Part shown: positions 38,634 through 50,598 of the stretch, piece by piece
Layout of the letters: each line of letters begins with the position of its first letter
Numbering within the stretch: the first letter of the stretch is position 1
DNA from: an uncultured delta proteobacterium
Lineage (GTDB): Bacteria > Desulfobacterota > Desulfomonilia > Desulfomonilales > Desulfomonilaceae
Direction of reading: 5' to 3'
NCBI GenBank assembly: GCA_963789265.1
Contig: CAWBKB010000001.1
Coordinates: forward strand, 2,048,001-2,112,000
DNA length: 64,000 nucleotides
Translations under genes and position numbers: made by a program
Notes under the pieces: generated by a model
Told to the model about the DNA's origin: nothing
Databases searched by the model: none
Seen by the model: only the letters and a program-made list of their open reading frames with translations

Positions 38634-39292
38634 GGGCGAGTTCTCCATTTTCAACGGGCCGCGAAACCAGGCATCAGGTACTTCTGCACGAAGTCGTGGC
38701 GAAAATGATTGAAACTCAGGGAGCATGCGCACAGATTTTCAATTAACATTGTAATGAACGAGAACCATTTTTGTCAATAAAAATCAACCAAATAGTTTCT
38801 CCGCATCTCGGTAGGTGTCCTTTTTTGTTTCAACGCACCCATAAGACTTGCAATTGGCTGCCATGAAGCATCTGAGGGGTAGGCCGGGCCATGCCTGATC
38901 CCGTGAAGCGCGGGACGGCGGCCACGGGCCGCCCTACTCGATGCGCGCGTACGTCGGCGCGACGACGGGCTGGGTGCCATCCCGCGTGCCGTAGGAGGCT
39001 CTGGAAGGTCCGTGCTGTATATGTCGTTTGATCGCGACCTGGTCTACATACCGGTAAATATGGATTCGGAATTGTCATAGAGGTAGAATTGCAGATGCGT
39101 AAGAAACGGTCCAATCAGTTTCCGGAGGCGCTCGTAAAGGAGAAGCATTTGTATGTGAGTAGCCCCGTACCTGTCGCGCGGGGATTCACTTACAAATGCT
39201 TTTAATTCAGGAACTCGTATATGATCGTGGTCAAGAGCAGAAAATTAAGACCGTGTTGATGCCCGAGTACGTCCGCACCCCTTCTCCGGCGC

Positions 39293-39595
39293 TCAATCGA
39301 CAAGCGGGGAGCCAATCGGCTCGGTAGTGAGACGAATAGCCGGTCTTGGGAGACTCGTCTTGCTGCGAGTTTGGAGCCACCTCCCAATTCCCCAGGTTAT
39401 GGTCAGGCAAAGGGGCAAAAAGAGCAGGACGCCGCAAAACGCGCCCTGCAAGGGGTTTTTCGCCAACATGGCATAAGCCACTGCGCCTAGCAACAGAGCG
39501 CCGACAGGCCCGAGAATCAGCATCCACGTGACCATCATGGTTGTTCCCATTGACTGGACAATACTTCTTCTAAAGTCTGCTTCACTTTCCATCAT
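39293..39595 (-). CDS. Small membrane protein
   Basis: AAGGAG RBS, two TM helices. Confidence 0.55.
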   Translation of the reverse strand: MMESEADFRRSIVQSMGTTMMVTWMLILGPVGALLLGAVAYAMLAKNPLQGAFCGVLLFLPLCLTITWGIGRWLQTRSKTSLPRPAIRLTTEPIGSPLVD

Positions 39596-40434
39596 TTCTC
39601 TCCTTAATGATTTGGGGGGGACCGTTATCCCGTCCCTCTATCGGTTCACCTACCAGCCTGACTGCTATAAATTTTCTCCGTCAGTGAGATCCCGTCATAG
39701 CGGCCCCTCCAAGCAACGGGGTTGGCCGTACCTGTTTGCACGCTCTGTACCAAACAGGATCGGCAGATACGAGCTGACAAGTATCTAGAGTGAACTCAAT
39801 ATGATGAGAGATGGGAGAGTTGTTGAACAGACTTACCGCTCACCTGCAGACTGCCTTACCCCAATAAGTGAAAATCACCGACGCATTTGCAGCCTCACCG
39901 AAAAAATCTTGTAAATGCCATATATTATCGCGCAGGCGAAATTCACCCTTGGGCCGGCCATATTCACCTGTACCGCATTTACGCCCCGCAAGTTTTGCAT
40001 TGATACTTGAACGAATGGACTGTTTTGCAGGATGTGATGCCCCCGCAGGACGCGGAAGCACCGTCGCGATCGCGAAGAACTCAGCCGAAAAGTTCCCGGA
40101 CGGTCGAGACGCGGGTCCCGTATTTCACGGGACGGTTCGTCCAGCGGGAAAGCAATCTTCTCTTGCCGGTTGGGAGATTGCCAAGGACTTACGCTCTCGC
40201 AATGCCAATCGTACTATTCGCCTAGAGAACAGTTCCGTTTTTTCTCGCTCCCAGTCCCGCGAATCGCGAGACCACCTGGAAATGCCTGCATTGGAGGCTC
40301 TGCCTCGACTATGATAGCGAGATACGGGTAGCCTGCGGGCATAGTCGGGCGTTCCGCGGGATTCCCAGGCTGAGCCTCCGCCTGGGAACCGGAAAACATG
40401 TACGCGACCCTTCCCCCAGCTTTCTTGACAAAGC

Positions 40435-41130
40435 TCACTCGCCTTTCTTAATTTGCCGCTTTATCAGGTTGATCTCCTTGGTTACGGGAATCTCCTTGGG
40501 ACAAACCCTGGTGCATTCAAGGTGGTTGACGCAACCCCAGACCCCATCGGGATAATCCAACTGCTTCAGCCTCTCTTCACGCTCTTCGTCTCTGGAATCA
40601 AAGATGTGCCGGAAAGCTTGCACTAGGGGCGCGGGGCCGAGATATTTCTCATTTTCATTGGAAACAGGACAGGCGCCCACACAGCACGCGCACAATATGC
40701 AACGGATGGATTCGCCCATTCTGCCTCTCTCCTCGTCCGATTGCTTCCGCTCTTTCTCCGGCGGGTTGGAGGCGACCAGATAGGGGCGAACCCATTCAAC
40801 TCTCTCGAAGAATGGATCTAAATCCACGACGAGATCCTTGAGGACCTTAAAGGTAGGCAGCGGTTCCAGCACTACTTCAGAGCCCTGGTAGTCCTTCACC
40901 AATTTTTGGCATGCCAGGGCGCATCGGCCGTTTATCCTCATAGCATCCGAACCGCAGACTCCGTGCGCGCAAGACATGCGATAGGCCAGAGTACCGTCCT
41001 GTTCCCATTTGATTCTGTTCAAGCAATCGAGGAGCCGCTCCCAGGGTTCGGCCTGAATGCTGTAGCTTTTAAAATACGGTTCGCGGTCCTTTTGCGGATC
41101 AAAACGCAATATTTTGAATTTCATATCCAT
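40435..41130 (-). CDS. sdhB: Succinate dehydrogenase/fumarate reductase Fe-S subunit
   Basis: SCAHGVCGSD, CILCACCVGACP, C...ECTRVCPK. Confidence 0.93.
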   Translation of the reverse strand: MDMKFKILRFDPQKDREPYFKSYSIQAEPWERLLDCLNRIKWEQDGTLAYRMSCAHGVCGSDAMRINGRCALACQKLVKDYQGSEVVLEPLPTFKVLKDLVVDLDPFFERVEWVRPYLVASNPPEKERKQSDEERGRMGESIRCILCACCVGACPVSNENEKYLGPAPLVQAFRHIFDSRDEEREERLKQLDYPDGVWGCVNHLECTRVCPKEIPVTKEINLIKRQIKKGE

Positions 41131-41180
41131 TGTAGTATTCCCCTGGGCTAATTGACCCATTTGACTCTGTAACTGGCTTT

Positions 41181-41396
41181 GCAACCGCTCAGTTACGCGG
41201 AATAACCGCGATTATGTGTCGTTGTGAGGAGTGAATAGTGGGACAGGCTTCCAGCCGTCGCTGGCGGACGGGCAAGATGCCCATCCCCACTGCAAGATGC
41301 CCGTTTTCCATCGGAACTCCAGGGGTTGGTCGTGCATGAGATTGCTTCGCTCCGCTCGCAATGACAAGCTCTTGGCGCCCCTGACTGAAGGATTGC
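41181..41396. repeat. MITE/REP composite between sdhA and sdhB
   Basis: Similar ends and internal GAGATTGCTTCGCT..GCTCGCAATGAC as 34490-34634. Confidence 0.5.
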
Positions 41397-41434
41397 CTAC
41401 TTTCTATCGTCTTGCATTCTCCAATACACGAAAA

Positions 41435-43158
41435 TCAATAAGTTCGTTCCTTTGGCTGAAAACGAGTGATCCTCACCGGCTTGTACCGAGATTCGCGGGC
41501 TGTCGTCGGTTCTTTGAATCAGGGTGTGTTTCAACCAATTAGCGTCATCTCGTTTGGGATAATCTTCTCTGAAATGCGCACCTCTACTTTCCGTCCGCGC
41601 TATGGCCGACAAGAGCATGGTTTCCGCCAAACCCAGTAAGGATTCCAGCTCGCAAGCCTCCATGATGTCCGTGTTGAACAAATTCCCGCGGTCGTCTATT
41701 GAAATCTCCCGGTAACGCTCCTTCAGCGAACCAAGTTCGGACAATGCCTTTTGCAGGTCTCTCTCATTTCTGAAGACCGAACACCACTCCGACATAAGTT
41801 CTTGCAGAGATTTTCTTATGTGAGCGACCTTCTCACCTTTGCTCTTTTGCTTGAGTTTCTCCAACTTCTGAGAAAATCTGCTCTCCGGGTGATCGGGCAG
41901 TTCCTTCCAATCCAATTGTTCAAGGTCTCGAGCAATGAGTTTGCCCGCGCGACGCCCGAACACCACAAGGTCGACCAGGGAATTGCAGCCGAGCCGGTTG
42001 GCGCCGTGAACTGAGATGCACGCGCATTCGCCCGCAGCGTACAGACCTCGAACAGGCTCCCCTTTCTCGTCGAGCACAGCGCCGTCAACATCCGTGGGGA
42101 TGCCGCCCATCATGTAGTGGCACGTCGGCTTCACAGGGATCGGATCGGTGGCCGTGTCCAGCCCGAGATAAATGCGAACGAACGATGAAATGTCAGATAG
42201 CTTCTCGGCCAACTGTTCCTTGCCTATGGAAGTGAGATCCAGATGGAGATAATCGCGTCCGTCGATGCCTCTTCCTTCACGTATTTCCGTCATCATTGCC
42301 CTGGAGACCACATCCCTTGCAGCGAGATCTTTTATCACGGGGGCATACTCTTCCATAAATCGCCTACCATCATTGTTACGAAGAATACCGCCCTCCCCTC
42401 GCGCGGCCTCACTGATAAGTCACTCCCAACCCGTAGATGCCTGTTGGGTGAAACTGGACGAATTCCATGTCCTGTAATGGAATTCCGGCGCGATATGCGA
42501 AATAGACGCCATCGCCCGTGTTGGCAAAACAGTTGGAGGTTGTTTGGTAAAGCTTGCCGAATCCTCCGGTGGCCAACAAGACTGCACGAGCCTGAAAAAC
42601 ATGTAGTTTGCCCGTTGCAAGCTCATAAGCGATCAGGCCGTTCACGCTGGATCCTTCCTTGATCAAGTCCACGAGACAGAACTCGGAGTAAACCTTGATG
42701 CCTTTCATTAGGGCGGCACCGGCTAAGGTGTCCAAAATCACCCAACCGGTCCGATCCGCCGCGTAGCAGGCTCTTTTTATTGCAGCTTCACCGAAATTTC
42801 TGGTGTGCCCCCCAAACGCTCTCTGAGCAATAGTTCCTTCCGGAGTTCTGTTGAAGGGTACCCCCATGTGTTCCAACTCGTAAACGGCACGCACCGCGTC
42901 TTTGGCGAGCACTTCGGCAGCATCTTGATCGGTGAGGTAATCGCCCCCCTTCACGGTATCGTACATGTGCCATTCCCATGAATCCGGTTCTTCATTTCCC
43001 AGAGAAGCGCCAATGCCTCCCTGTGCGGCCCCGGAATGCGACCTTGTGGGGTAAACTTTGCTGATTACCGCAACATCCAGGTCGCCGGCCACCTCAAGCG
43101 CAGCCCTCAATCCGGCCAAACCCGTACCTACTATTACGACGTCATGTTTTAAGGTCAT
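41435..43158 (-). CDS. sdhA: Succinate dehydrogenase/fumarate reductase flavoprotein (two frameshifts, ~42420 and ~41490)
   Basis: [41 protein letters not shown]-end QPKERTY* in a shifted frame. Confidence 0.92.
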
Positions 43159-43285
43159 TTGCTGTGTCCTGTACTATTCTTGTCATAATCTTCCAAACCT
43201 TGCCCGGATATTGAACGTCCGCCGGGTCCGAGTTCGTAATTACCGCGAGCGAGCAAAATGCCGGAACTGGAATTACAGACCGCTT

Positions 43286-44467
43286 TTATGCCCTTGCCTC
43301 AACCGGTTCATACACGCATCCCATCAGACCGCAATATTGGCCCACGTACTCGGCCTGGGGACGGTAAAGTGCAGGTTTCTCTTGAGCCTCCGCAAACTTT
43401 TCCTCAATTATGTGACTACACCAACCGGCAATCCTGGACATCGCAAAAATAGGCGTGAACAAGTCTCGGGGAATCCCCATCATGTGGTAAATCGGAGCGC
43501 TGTAAAAATCGACATTGGGCCTAATTTCAGTCTTACCGCGGCTGTCGAATTCCTTTATGGCAACGTCTTCGACCGTCTTTGACAACCGATCCCATTTTTC
43601 CAGGTCAGTGATTTTAGCGATTTGAGTAGCCATCTCGCTGAGAATTCTCCCCCGAGGATCCATGGTCTTGTAAACGGCATGCCCCATGCCCATGATTCTT
43701 TCGCCCCGGTCAATGCGGTCTTTCACCCACTGAGCGACGTCTTTTTCGGATTCCAGCTCCATGAGCATCTCCATGACGCGAGTGTTCGCTCCTCCGTGAA
43801 GGCTTCCAGAGAGAGCGCCGACTCCGGCCGCTGCGGCTGCATACATGTGAGCTCTGGTGGAGCACACCTCACGGCAAGCAAATGTTGACACGTTGAAGGT
43901 GTGGTCTGTATGAAGAATCAGGCAGACATCGAGGTCATGTGCAACCTCTTGATTGGGTTTCTTACCTGTCAACTGCCACAGGAAATTAGCCGCGTGTGGA
44001 AGTTCCTTATCGGCCGGAACGGGCTCCAGATTGTTACGAATTCTTTCCCAAGCGGCAGTAACAGCCGGAATGCGAGCAATAAGTTTTGTCGCCATACGAA
44101 CATTCGCATCTCTGGTCTCCCCGTTCAGATCGGGGTCGGCCATGGCCAGCACAGGTACCGAGGCCTGAAGCACGTCCATCGGACTTGCGTTCTTAGGTAG
44201 CTTCTCAAGGCAAGCATATAGGTAATCCGGGACTTCTCTGGCCGCTTTCACCTGATTATCAAAATCCTCGAGCTGCCTCAAATCCGGCAGGTTCCCATTC
44301 AGAACCAGGTATGCGGTTTCCATGAATGACGATCTTTCGGCCAACTCTTCGATGCGATAGCCCCGATAAATGAGGATCCCCTTCTGGCCGTCGATGAAGC
44401 TGATTTTAGTGTCAGCAACTTTAACGCCCCGCAGACCGATATTTTTCACAGAGACTGTTTCTGTCAT
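43286..44467 (-). CDS. gltA: Citrate synthase
   Basis: LIYRGY, DHTFNVST, LHGGAN, GMGHAVYK..DPR, PNVDFYS. Confidence 0.92.
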   Translation of the reverse strand: MTETVSVKNIGLRGVKVADTKISFIDGQKGILIYRGYRIEELAERSSFMETAYLVLNGNLPDLRQLEDFDNQVKAAREVPDYLYACLEKLPKNASPMDVLQASVPVLAMADPDLNGETRDANVRMATKLIARIPAVTAAWERIRNNLEPVPADKELPHAANFLWQLTGKKPNQEVAHDLDVCLILHTDHTFNVSTFACREVCSTRAHMYAAAAAGVGALSGSLHGGANTRVMEMLMELESEKDVAQWVKDRIDRGERIMGMGHAVYKTMDPRGRILSEMATQIAKITDLEKWDRLSKTVEDVAIKEFDSRGKTEIRPNVDFYSAPIYHMMGIPRDLFTPIFAMSRIAGWCSHIIEEKFAEAQEKPALYRPQAEYVGQYCGLMGCVYEPVEARA

Positions 44468-44575
44468 GTTCCCCTCTTCCTCCGCCGGGAGCGGATAGAC
44501 CAATTGCCAAGAATGATGACCGTGTCGTAATCGACCGTGCGAATTTTGGGAGGATTACCGTGGCGGACCTTTTCC

Positions 44576-44648
44576 CGTCATTCCTGCGAAAGCAGGAATT
44601 CAGTCCCGCGGCTTCGCGGGATGGACCCCGGATCAAGTCCGGCGTGAC
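44576..44648. repeat. CGTC-type REP doublet
   Basis: CGTCATTCCTGCGAAAGCAGGAAT...GGACCCCGGATCAAGTCCGGCGTGAC. Confidence 0.65.
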
Positions 44649-44795
44649 CCCGCGTTTCGCGGGGCAACTCGGCCAAAAGAATTGGCAATTGGTGTGCGTG
44701 CCCGATTACTTGAAGGAGCGGTTCCGGCTCCAGGCGGTCCACTCCTCCCCGTAATCGCGGACACGTCAGTTAGAGTCCTTCAAAATCAAACTACG

Positions 44796-45299
44796 TCAGT
44801 TGGCCTTGAAAAAGGCTTCTTTCTTCGCCGCGCAGACGGGACATACTTCCGGCGGCGAGCCCGCAATTGTGTAGCCGCATTTCTCGCAAATGTAATAGTC
44901 CTTTTCCGGTACCGTCCCTCCGGCTTCCAATACTTTAATTGCATCATCGTAAAGAGCGCCGTGGCCCTTTTCCACCTCATTCGCCCAGTGAAAACTCTTT
45001 GTAGCAGCCCCGATCTTTTCTTCTTTGGCTTTTGCAATGAACACGGGATACATCTTTGTGAACTCGTAATGTTCCCCGCCGTATGCTTCCTTTAAATTTT
45101 CCAGTGTAGAATTAACTCCCTTGAGCACTTCCAGATGGTTATGGGCGTGAATCGTCTCCGCGGCTGCGGCTGCGCGAAAGAGTTTAGCGACTCCCTTGAG
45201 GCCGTCTGCCTCGGCCTTCTTGGCAAAGGCAAGGTACTTCCGGTTGGCCTGCGACTCCCCTGCAAAGGCATCTCTCAAATTCTTTTCAGTCTCGCTCAT
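44796..45299 (-). CDS. rbr: Rubrerythrin
   Basis: AFAGESQA, E..HA, E..H, C-terminal CEKCG...CPVC. Confidence 0.93.
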   Translation of the reverse strand: MSETEKNLRDAFAGESQANRKYLAFAKKAEADGLKGVAKLFRAAAAAETIHAHNHLEVLKGVNSTLENLKEAYGGEHYEFTKMYPVFIAKAKEEKIGAATKSFHWANEVEKGHGALYDDAIKVLEAGGTVPEKDYYICEKCGYTIAGSPPEVCPVCAAKKEAFFKAN

Positions 45300-45523
45300 A
45301 AATTCCTCCCTTCTTTGACGGAGTATGAAATTACCACCAATTACTACCGGATCTTACCGAAGCCCGGAGGACCCGGATTCACCTCGAACGGTAACAAAAT
45401 TTACGACACTTTTATTACAAAACAGTTTAGCCTCATTTTCCATTTTATCATAGCATCATTTCTATGCCGCTGGCTTGCCTATATTACAGGCGGGCCCGTG
45501 GCTCCTCTGATATAGGTATGTAC

Positions 45524-47257
45524 TCAACCTCTACTGACCCTGGGCGTTATCATGTGATGGTGAGGACAAATGGACGCGGGGTTTTGGTATGCGCAGTGGA
45601 CAAATGCCACCATGTACTTGCGCATCTCGGGAAAGGGAACGACTTCGTCCACAAATCCTCTTTTGGCACAATATACGGGTCTGGAATTGTCATAATACTG
45701 TTGGGCCAAGGCATTCATCTTGTCAATAACGGGTTGAAGCGGTCGCTCCGCATCTTTTTCTTTGACCAGCCGCCTGGCAAAGGAAGCGGCTGCGGCTGTC
45801 TCGCCGTGCATCACGTATATCTCGGTAGACGGTGTGCCCAAAGTGAAGACCGTATGGTTGTTGGCGGTGGGACCGCCCATGATGTAATGCGCCGCGGCGG
45901 TCCCTTTGCGGAGAACGAAGAGCATCATCGGCACCGTGGTCTGTTCGATGGAATATATTAGAGATTGGCCCAAACCCAGCAGTTCCGCTTTTTCCGCTAT
46001 GTCGCCCACATCTATGCCGGAAGTGTCCTGAAACCAGACAATTGGGATGCGGTCTCTGCCGCACAGAGTGACAAACTCATTCATTTTGATGAGCCCTTGT
46101 CTGTAAAGTTTCCCACCAATGCCCGGATAAGGCGCGTATTCCGGATAGCCTTGACCTAAAAAACCTTGTTTGTTTCCTATGACCCCGAGTAGAAACCGTC
46201 GATCTTGACCAGACCCGTGTACACCTCCGGACCGTATTCAGGACGAAATTCCAAGTGCTCGCTGTTGTCTGTCAACCGGGCGAGCACCTCTTCGAAGCTG
46301 TAAACCACTTTTTGATTCATAGGAACTATGACGTTCAGGTCGTCTCCGCTGAATCGCGGCTCCGCGGGCTCCGCCACCCTGAAGAATTTAGGATCATAGG
46401 AGGGGAGAGTTTTCATATAATCTTTCAGGGCGTCCAGCGTGGCTTCTTCCGTATCAAAGACTGCTCTGAAAAAGCCTGTAGAATCATAGTGAATCTTCAC
46501 GCTACCAGGTGGCACTTCCTTGAAATGTCTCGTGGCTTCGATAAGTTGTTCGGCCCCTTCTTCGTCGAAAAACCCTTTGGGGCTCATTCCGCTCACAATT
46601 CCCCCTCCGCCCACGGCAATGTTCGCGTTTTTGTGCGCCAGGAGGAGTGTAGGGCTTATCCCCTGATAACCTCCCCCGGCTGGATTCGTGCCGTAAATGG
46701 CGGCCAAAACTGGGATACCCAGCTTCTCGAGCTCCCGCGTGTCGGAAAAAGGTCGTTCCGCCTCCTCTTCTGTCCGGATAAACCTCTTCCTGCTCGGTGA
46801 GCTTCACTCCCGAACAGTTCACCAGCCACACCAGAGGCACCCTCAGAAGCTTAGCCATATCTGTGGCGCGGAGAATGTTTTCCGATTGTCCCACGATCCA
46901 GGCTCCGGCAACAACCTTGTTGTCAAATCCTATTATTACAGCCCACTTTCCGTTTATTCTCCCCAGTCCGTCTATGACCCCGGTTGTTCCCTCTTCATTG
47001 TTCGCGGGATCGAAAATGGAATGAAGTGGACACCATGTCCCGCGATCCACCAGATACTCGAGTCGTTGCCAGACGGTCAGTTGTCCCCTCTGGTTAATCT
47101 TCTCCGAGGGAAGGCCGGCAGACTTAACTTTGTCCAACGCTTCGGAGAGTTGTTTCTCGACTTCCTTGATCTTGGCTATATTGTCTTCGCCTTGTTTGAT
47201 CTTGGATTGGCTAAGAGATTTGCCTATCTGGGTCATCTTCTCGAAGTACGGTCTCAT
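45524..47257 (-). CDS. Glutaconyl-CoA decarboxylase alpha-like carboxyltransferase (two frameshifts)
   Basis: Three consecutive track ORFs: MRPYFEKM...DNKVVAGAW, GTNPAGGGY, QDTSGIDVG...AAAHY.MGGP. Confidence 0.85.
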
Positions 47258-47425
47258 CCCATTTCCTCCGTGTATTTTCATAAAGGCGTAAACGTTCAAA
47301 GCATTAACAATAACAACTTGCCTCAACGTTTTCAAGAAAGAGAATGCAGGATTGGGGGGAAGGCGCGAAGTGAAAACAGCTTGCCCTAATCCGCGGGGCG
47401 CTGATAGGGCAAGCTGAATGCGGAC

Positions 47426-48238
47426 TTAGAATCGTCGGCGATCGTCCTCATCCGATTGTTCGGATGACTCTCTCAGTTCGTCAGGCGAGAACTCGATTTT
47501 CTTGGGGGGGATGCTCCTCAAAGCGGGGAAAAGGCCCTTGAACCGCGGAGAATGCTGTTCCATTTGATCCGGAGCATGATGTGACCAGTATGGAGTGGAG
47601 TCTTCTTCTTCTATCAGCACAGTAAGCAATAGAGCAGGATATCGGTAACGAGGGTTGTTGCCCAAAAAAGTGAGCACTTCCCGGGCGCGCAGGAATTCGC
47701 CTCTGCGCCTGTTGATTTCCCCAAGCAGGTATATCACCATGCCGGGATCGCCTTTGGTCAGGCCCCGACGGAGAGCGTCATCAAGATAGCGGTCGGCCAT
47801 CTGGAGCAATTCCGTCTCCGTGGCTAGACTACCAAGCTCCCGGGCCCCCCACGAACCGCGTAGGCTCATGACTCCGAGGTCCCTGGGATTGAGGCCCCTC
47901 GTATCCAGGAGAGAAACCAGCGCAAGCCAACTTCTCGCTGCAGAATCTTCCTGGGGACCAGCTTGAAATAGTTTGATATATTTTTGTGAACCGACCGTAT
48001 CCTTGACGTGTCCGGGCACTCGGCGATTATAATCTTGCGCACGCGCAGTAAACAGGCATGCGGGACAAGTTGCAACGTCGGACGAGCGATTGCAGTCCCT
48101 CGGAACAGCACGAAAATCCAACCCATAGCCGAAGACCGACGCGCTCACGCCGTCGGCTTCCCGGCAATGGGAAAAATGATGAAAACAGAGAGGGCAAGCA
48201 AGAACCGTTGCTGAATTGTTCACACAATCCTCCTTCAA
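47426..48238 (-). CDS. DUF2225-like Zn-binding/TPR protein
   Basis: CPLC...CPAC, YLLGEINRR.G. Confidence 0.65.
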   Translation of the reverse strand: MKEDCVNNSATVLACPLCFHHFSHCREADGVSASVFGYGLDFRAVPRDCNRSSDVATCPACLFTARAQDYNRRVPGHVKDTVGSQKYIKLFQAGPQEDSAARSWLALVSLLDTRGLNPRDLGVMSLRGSWGARELGSLATETELLQMADRYLDDALRRGLTKGDPGMVIYLLGEINRRRGEFLRAREVLTFLGNNPRYRYPALLLTVLIEEEDSTPYWSHHAPDQMEQHSPRFKGLFPALRSIPPKKIEFSPDELRESSEQSDEDDRRRF

Positions 48239-48388
48239 AACTCTTTGACCCGAATGTCACTCCCCTAAGAACCCGCGACGGACATACCATATCATAAATG
48301 ACCGCTTTTGACCACGCTTTTCTTCAAGACAGGCTTTTTCTCTTCACAAAAACATTCCAGAATGATTAACTTAACTGGCGAGCGTACA

Positions 48389-50314
48389 ATGAAACATTCT
48401 GTGTCTGACTGCATTGATTACGAAAGGGAGTTGAATCCTGCGCAACTCGAAGCCGTTACCGTTCCTTCGGGACCGGTGTTGGTTATCGCAGGCGCAGGAT
48501 CAGGGAAGACCCGAACCATCGTTTACCGGGTTGCATGGCTTGTAGAGCACGGTGTAGACCCCGGTTCCATCCTGCTGTTGACCTTCACGAGGAAGGCTGC
48601 GGAAGAAATGCTCGGCCGCGCGGCTCAGCTCTTGGACCGTAGCGTTTCAAGAGTCGCGGGAGGGACGTTTCATTCGACCGGAAACTTGCTCATGCGGAGA
48701 TACGCGAGCTTACTCGGATTTGACTCCTCGTTTTCCATTATGGATCAGGGAGATTCCGTAGAAGTATTTGAACATTTCAGGAAGAGTGTGATCGCGCCTG
48801 AAGATCTAAAGGGCTTCCCAAAGGCAAGAACCATTGCGGAAGTTGTGAGCAGAAGCGTCGGCAGTGGCAGGACTATTCGGGAAGTACTGGAGCAGCGATA
48901 TCCTCATTTCGGCGAATACGCTGCGGACCTGGATAAAATTCAGAGGTTATACGAGGAGCACAAGCGCTCCAACAATCTGACGGATTATGACGATCTCCTC
49001 GTCAACCCCATAAAGCTTCTTGAAGAGCACGAGCATGTCAGGAGAGATGTTTCCACCCAATGGCAACACATTCTTGTGGACGAGTACCAGGACACCAACA
49101 GGCTTCAGGCCCGCATCGTGCAACTGCTCGCTTATGTTCACGACAATGTGATGGTGGTAGGAGACGATTCCCAGAGTATCTACTCTTTCAGGGGGGCTGA
49201 CTTCACCAACATCATGGAATTCCCCAAGATCTTCAAGGATACCAAGATCATCAGACTGGAGGAGAACTACAGGAGCACGGCGCCTATCCTGTCAGTGACC
49301 AATTCCATCATAGAACGGGCCGTAAACGGCTATCCTAAGAGACTCTTTACGCGCAAAGCAGGCGGGCCTCTGCCGTTGGCCGCCCGTTCTTCCAGTGAAC
49401 GAGAACAGAGTCGATTCGTAGTTCAGTGCGTCAGGGAGCTACGCGATCACGGAGTTCCCTTGAGCGAAGTCGCTGTCCTGTTCCGCGTGGGCTTCCACTC
49501 CTTCGATCTCGAGGGAGAGCTGACTCGCAATAATATACCCTTCGTGAAATACGGCGGATTCAAGTTCTTGGAGAGCATGCACATCAAAGATGTGCTGGCC
49601 CATCTCAAGGTCTTCAATAATCCGAAAGATCGTTTGAGTTGGATGAGAATTCTCAGGCTCCTTCCGGGGGTGGGAATTAAGACCGCAATGAAGATCGCGA
49701 GCAGAATCGCCGACGAAGGGATTCCAAAGAGACCAACCGATCTGCTAACCGGGGACCCAAAATACAAGAAGGACTTTGAAGCCTTGTTGGGTCTCATCGC
49801 AGACCTTGAGCAGCACAAAGGTCCGATTTCCGAAAAGGTGGAACGGATAAACCTTTATTATTTCCCGTTCCTGAAGGAGAGGTACGACAACTATCCCAAA
49901 AGGATGCGGGATCTGGAGCACTTGGCCGATCTTACGGTCTCTTACAAAAGCTTGAATCGTTTTCTGAACGACATGGCCTTGGAGCCGCCGGATGAGGAAC
50001 GATCCAGCGTCGCCACGCCGAATGAAAACCTGGTGTTGTCCACGATTCATTCGGCCAAGGGGCTTGAATGGCACACTGTAATCATCATTTGGGCCGCGGA
50101 AGGGCGAATCCCCTCCCCCATGGCCCTTGATTCACCAAGCGACTTGGAGGAAGAGCGAAGACTCCTCTACGTGGCAACGACGCGCGCCAAACACAATCTG
50201 GTCGTAGTGGCTCCTTTGACCCTATTGGACCGTCGCCTCGGACAGGTCCCGGTGCGACTTTCACGATTCTTCGAGGAGATCCCACCGGAATACTTCCGCA
50301 CTTATTCGGTTTGA
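48389..50314 (+). CDS. UvrD/Rep/PcrA-family helicase
   Basis: AGAGSGKT, TFT.KAA, VDEYQD, VGDD.QSIY.FRG, STIHSAKGLE, EERRL.YVA.TRA. Confidence 0.95.
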   Translation: MKHSVSDCIDYERELNPAQLEAVTVPSGPVLVIAGAGSGKTRTIVYRVAWLVEHGVDPGSILLLTFTRKAAEEMLGRAAQLLDRSVSRVAGGTFHSTGNLLMRRYASLLGFDSSFSIMDQGDSVEVFEHFRKSVIAPEDLKGFPKARTIAEVVSRSVGSGRTIREVLEQRYPHFGEYAADLDKIQRLYEEHKRSNNLTDYDDLLVNPIKLLEEHEHVRRDVSTQWQHILVDEYQDTNRLQARIVQLLAYVHDNVMVVGDDSQSIYSFRGADFTNIMEFPKIFKDTKIIRLEENYRSTAPILSVTNSIIERAVNGYPKRLFTRKAGGPLPLAARSSSEREQSRFVVQCVRELRDHGVPLSEVAVLFRVGFHSFDLEGELTRNNIPFVKYGGFKFLESMHIKDVLAHLKVFNNPKDRLSWMRILRLLPGVGIKTAMKIASRIADEGIPKRPTDLLTGDPKYKKDFEALLGLIADLEQHKGPISEKVERINLYYFPFLKERYDNYPKRMRDLEHLADLTVSYKSLNRFLNDMALEPPDEERSSVATPNENLVLSTIHSAKGLEWHTVIIIWAAEGRIPSPMALDSPSDLEEERRLLYVATTRAKHNLVVVAPLTLLDRRLGQVPVRLSRFFEEIPPEYFRTYSV

Positions 50315-50334
50315 CAGATTGGGACCAAAAAGCC

Positions 50335-50363
50335 TTGACATTAGCCCTGCTCGCCAATAAGCT
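50335..50363 (+). promoter_or_regulatory. sigma70 promoter of tRNA-Ser
   Basis: TTGACA-17 nt-TAAGCT. Confidence 0.6.
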
Positions 50364-50382
50364 GTTATTGTCGAGCCGCCGC

Positions 50383-50475
50383 GGAGAGATGACCGAGAGG
50401 CCGAAGGTGCTCGCCTGCTAAGCGAGTGTAGGGTGTTGAGCCTTACCGAGGGTTCGAATCCCTCTCTCTCCGCCA
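50383..50475 (+). tRNA. tRNA-Ser(GCT)
   Basis: GGAGAGA...TCTCTCC-G-CCA, anticodon CT-GCT-AA, long variable arm. Confidence 0.94.
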
Positions 50476-50598
50476 TAACATTTTGGCCGTCCCGAAATGC
50501 AGGCAAACAGCGACCGACAAGTACCGCAATATATGTATGCCCCGTTTGATGGCAGCTCTTTCGGCTCCTAAAGCCATTCGCGTCTTCTCCTTGCCTGA

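Noticed and set aside
38760..40430. Hidden ncRNA or peptide system in the gene-poor stretch
   Set aside because: Apart from one small membrane ORF and a REP-like hairpin near 38915-38937 I see no supportable motif; the short track ORFs lack RBS or family signatures.
41435..47257. sdhA and gcdA-like genes as true pseudogenes or programmed frameshifts
   Set aside because: Same single-base indel pattern occurs across many unrelated conserved genes; assembly error is more parsimonious.
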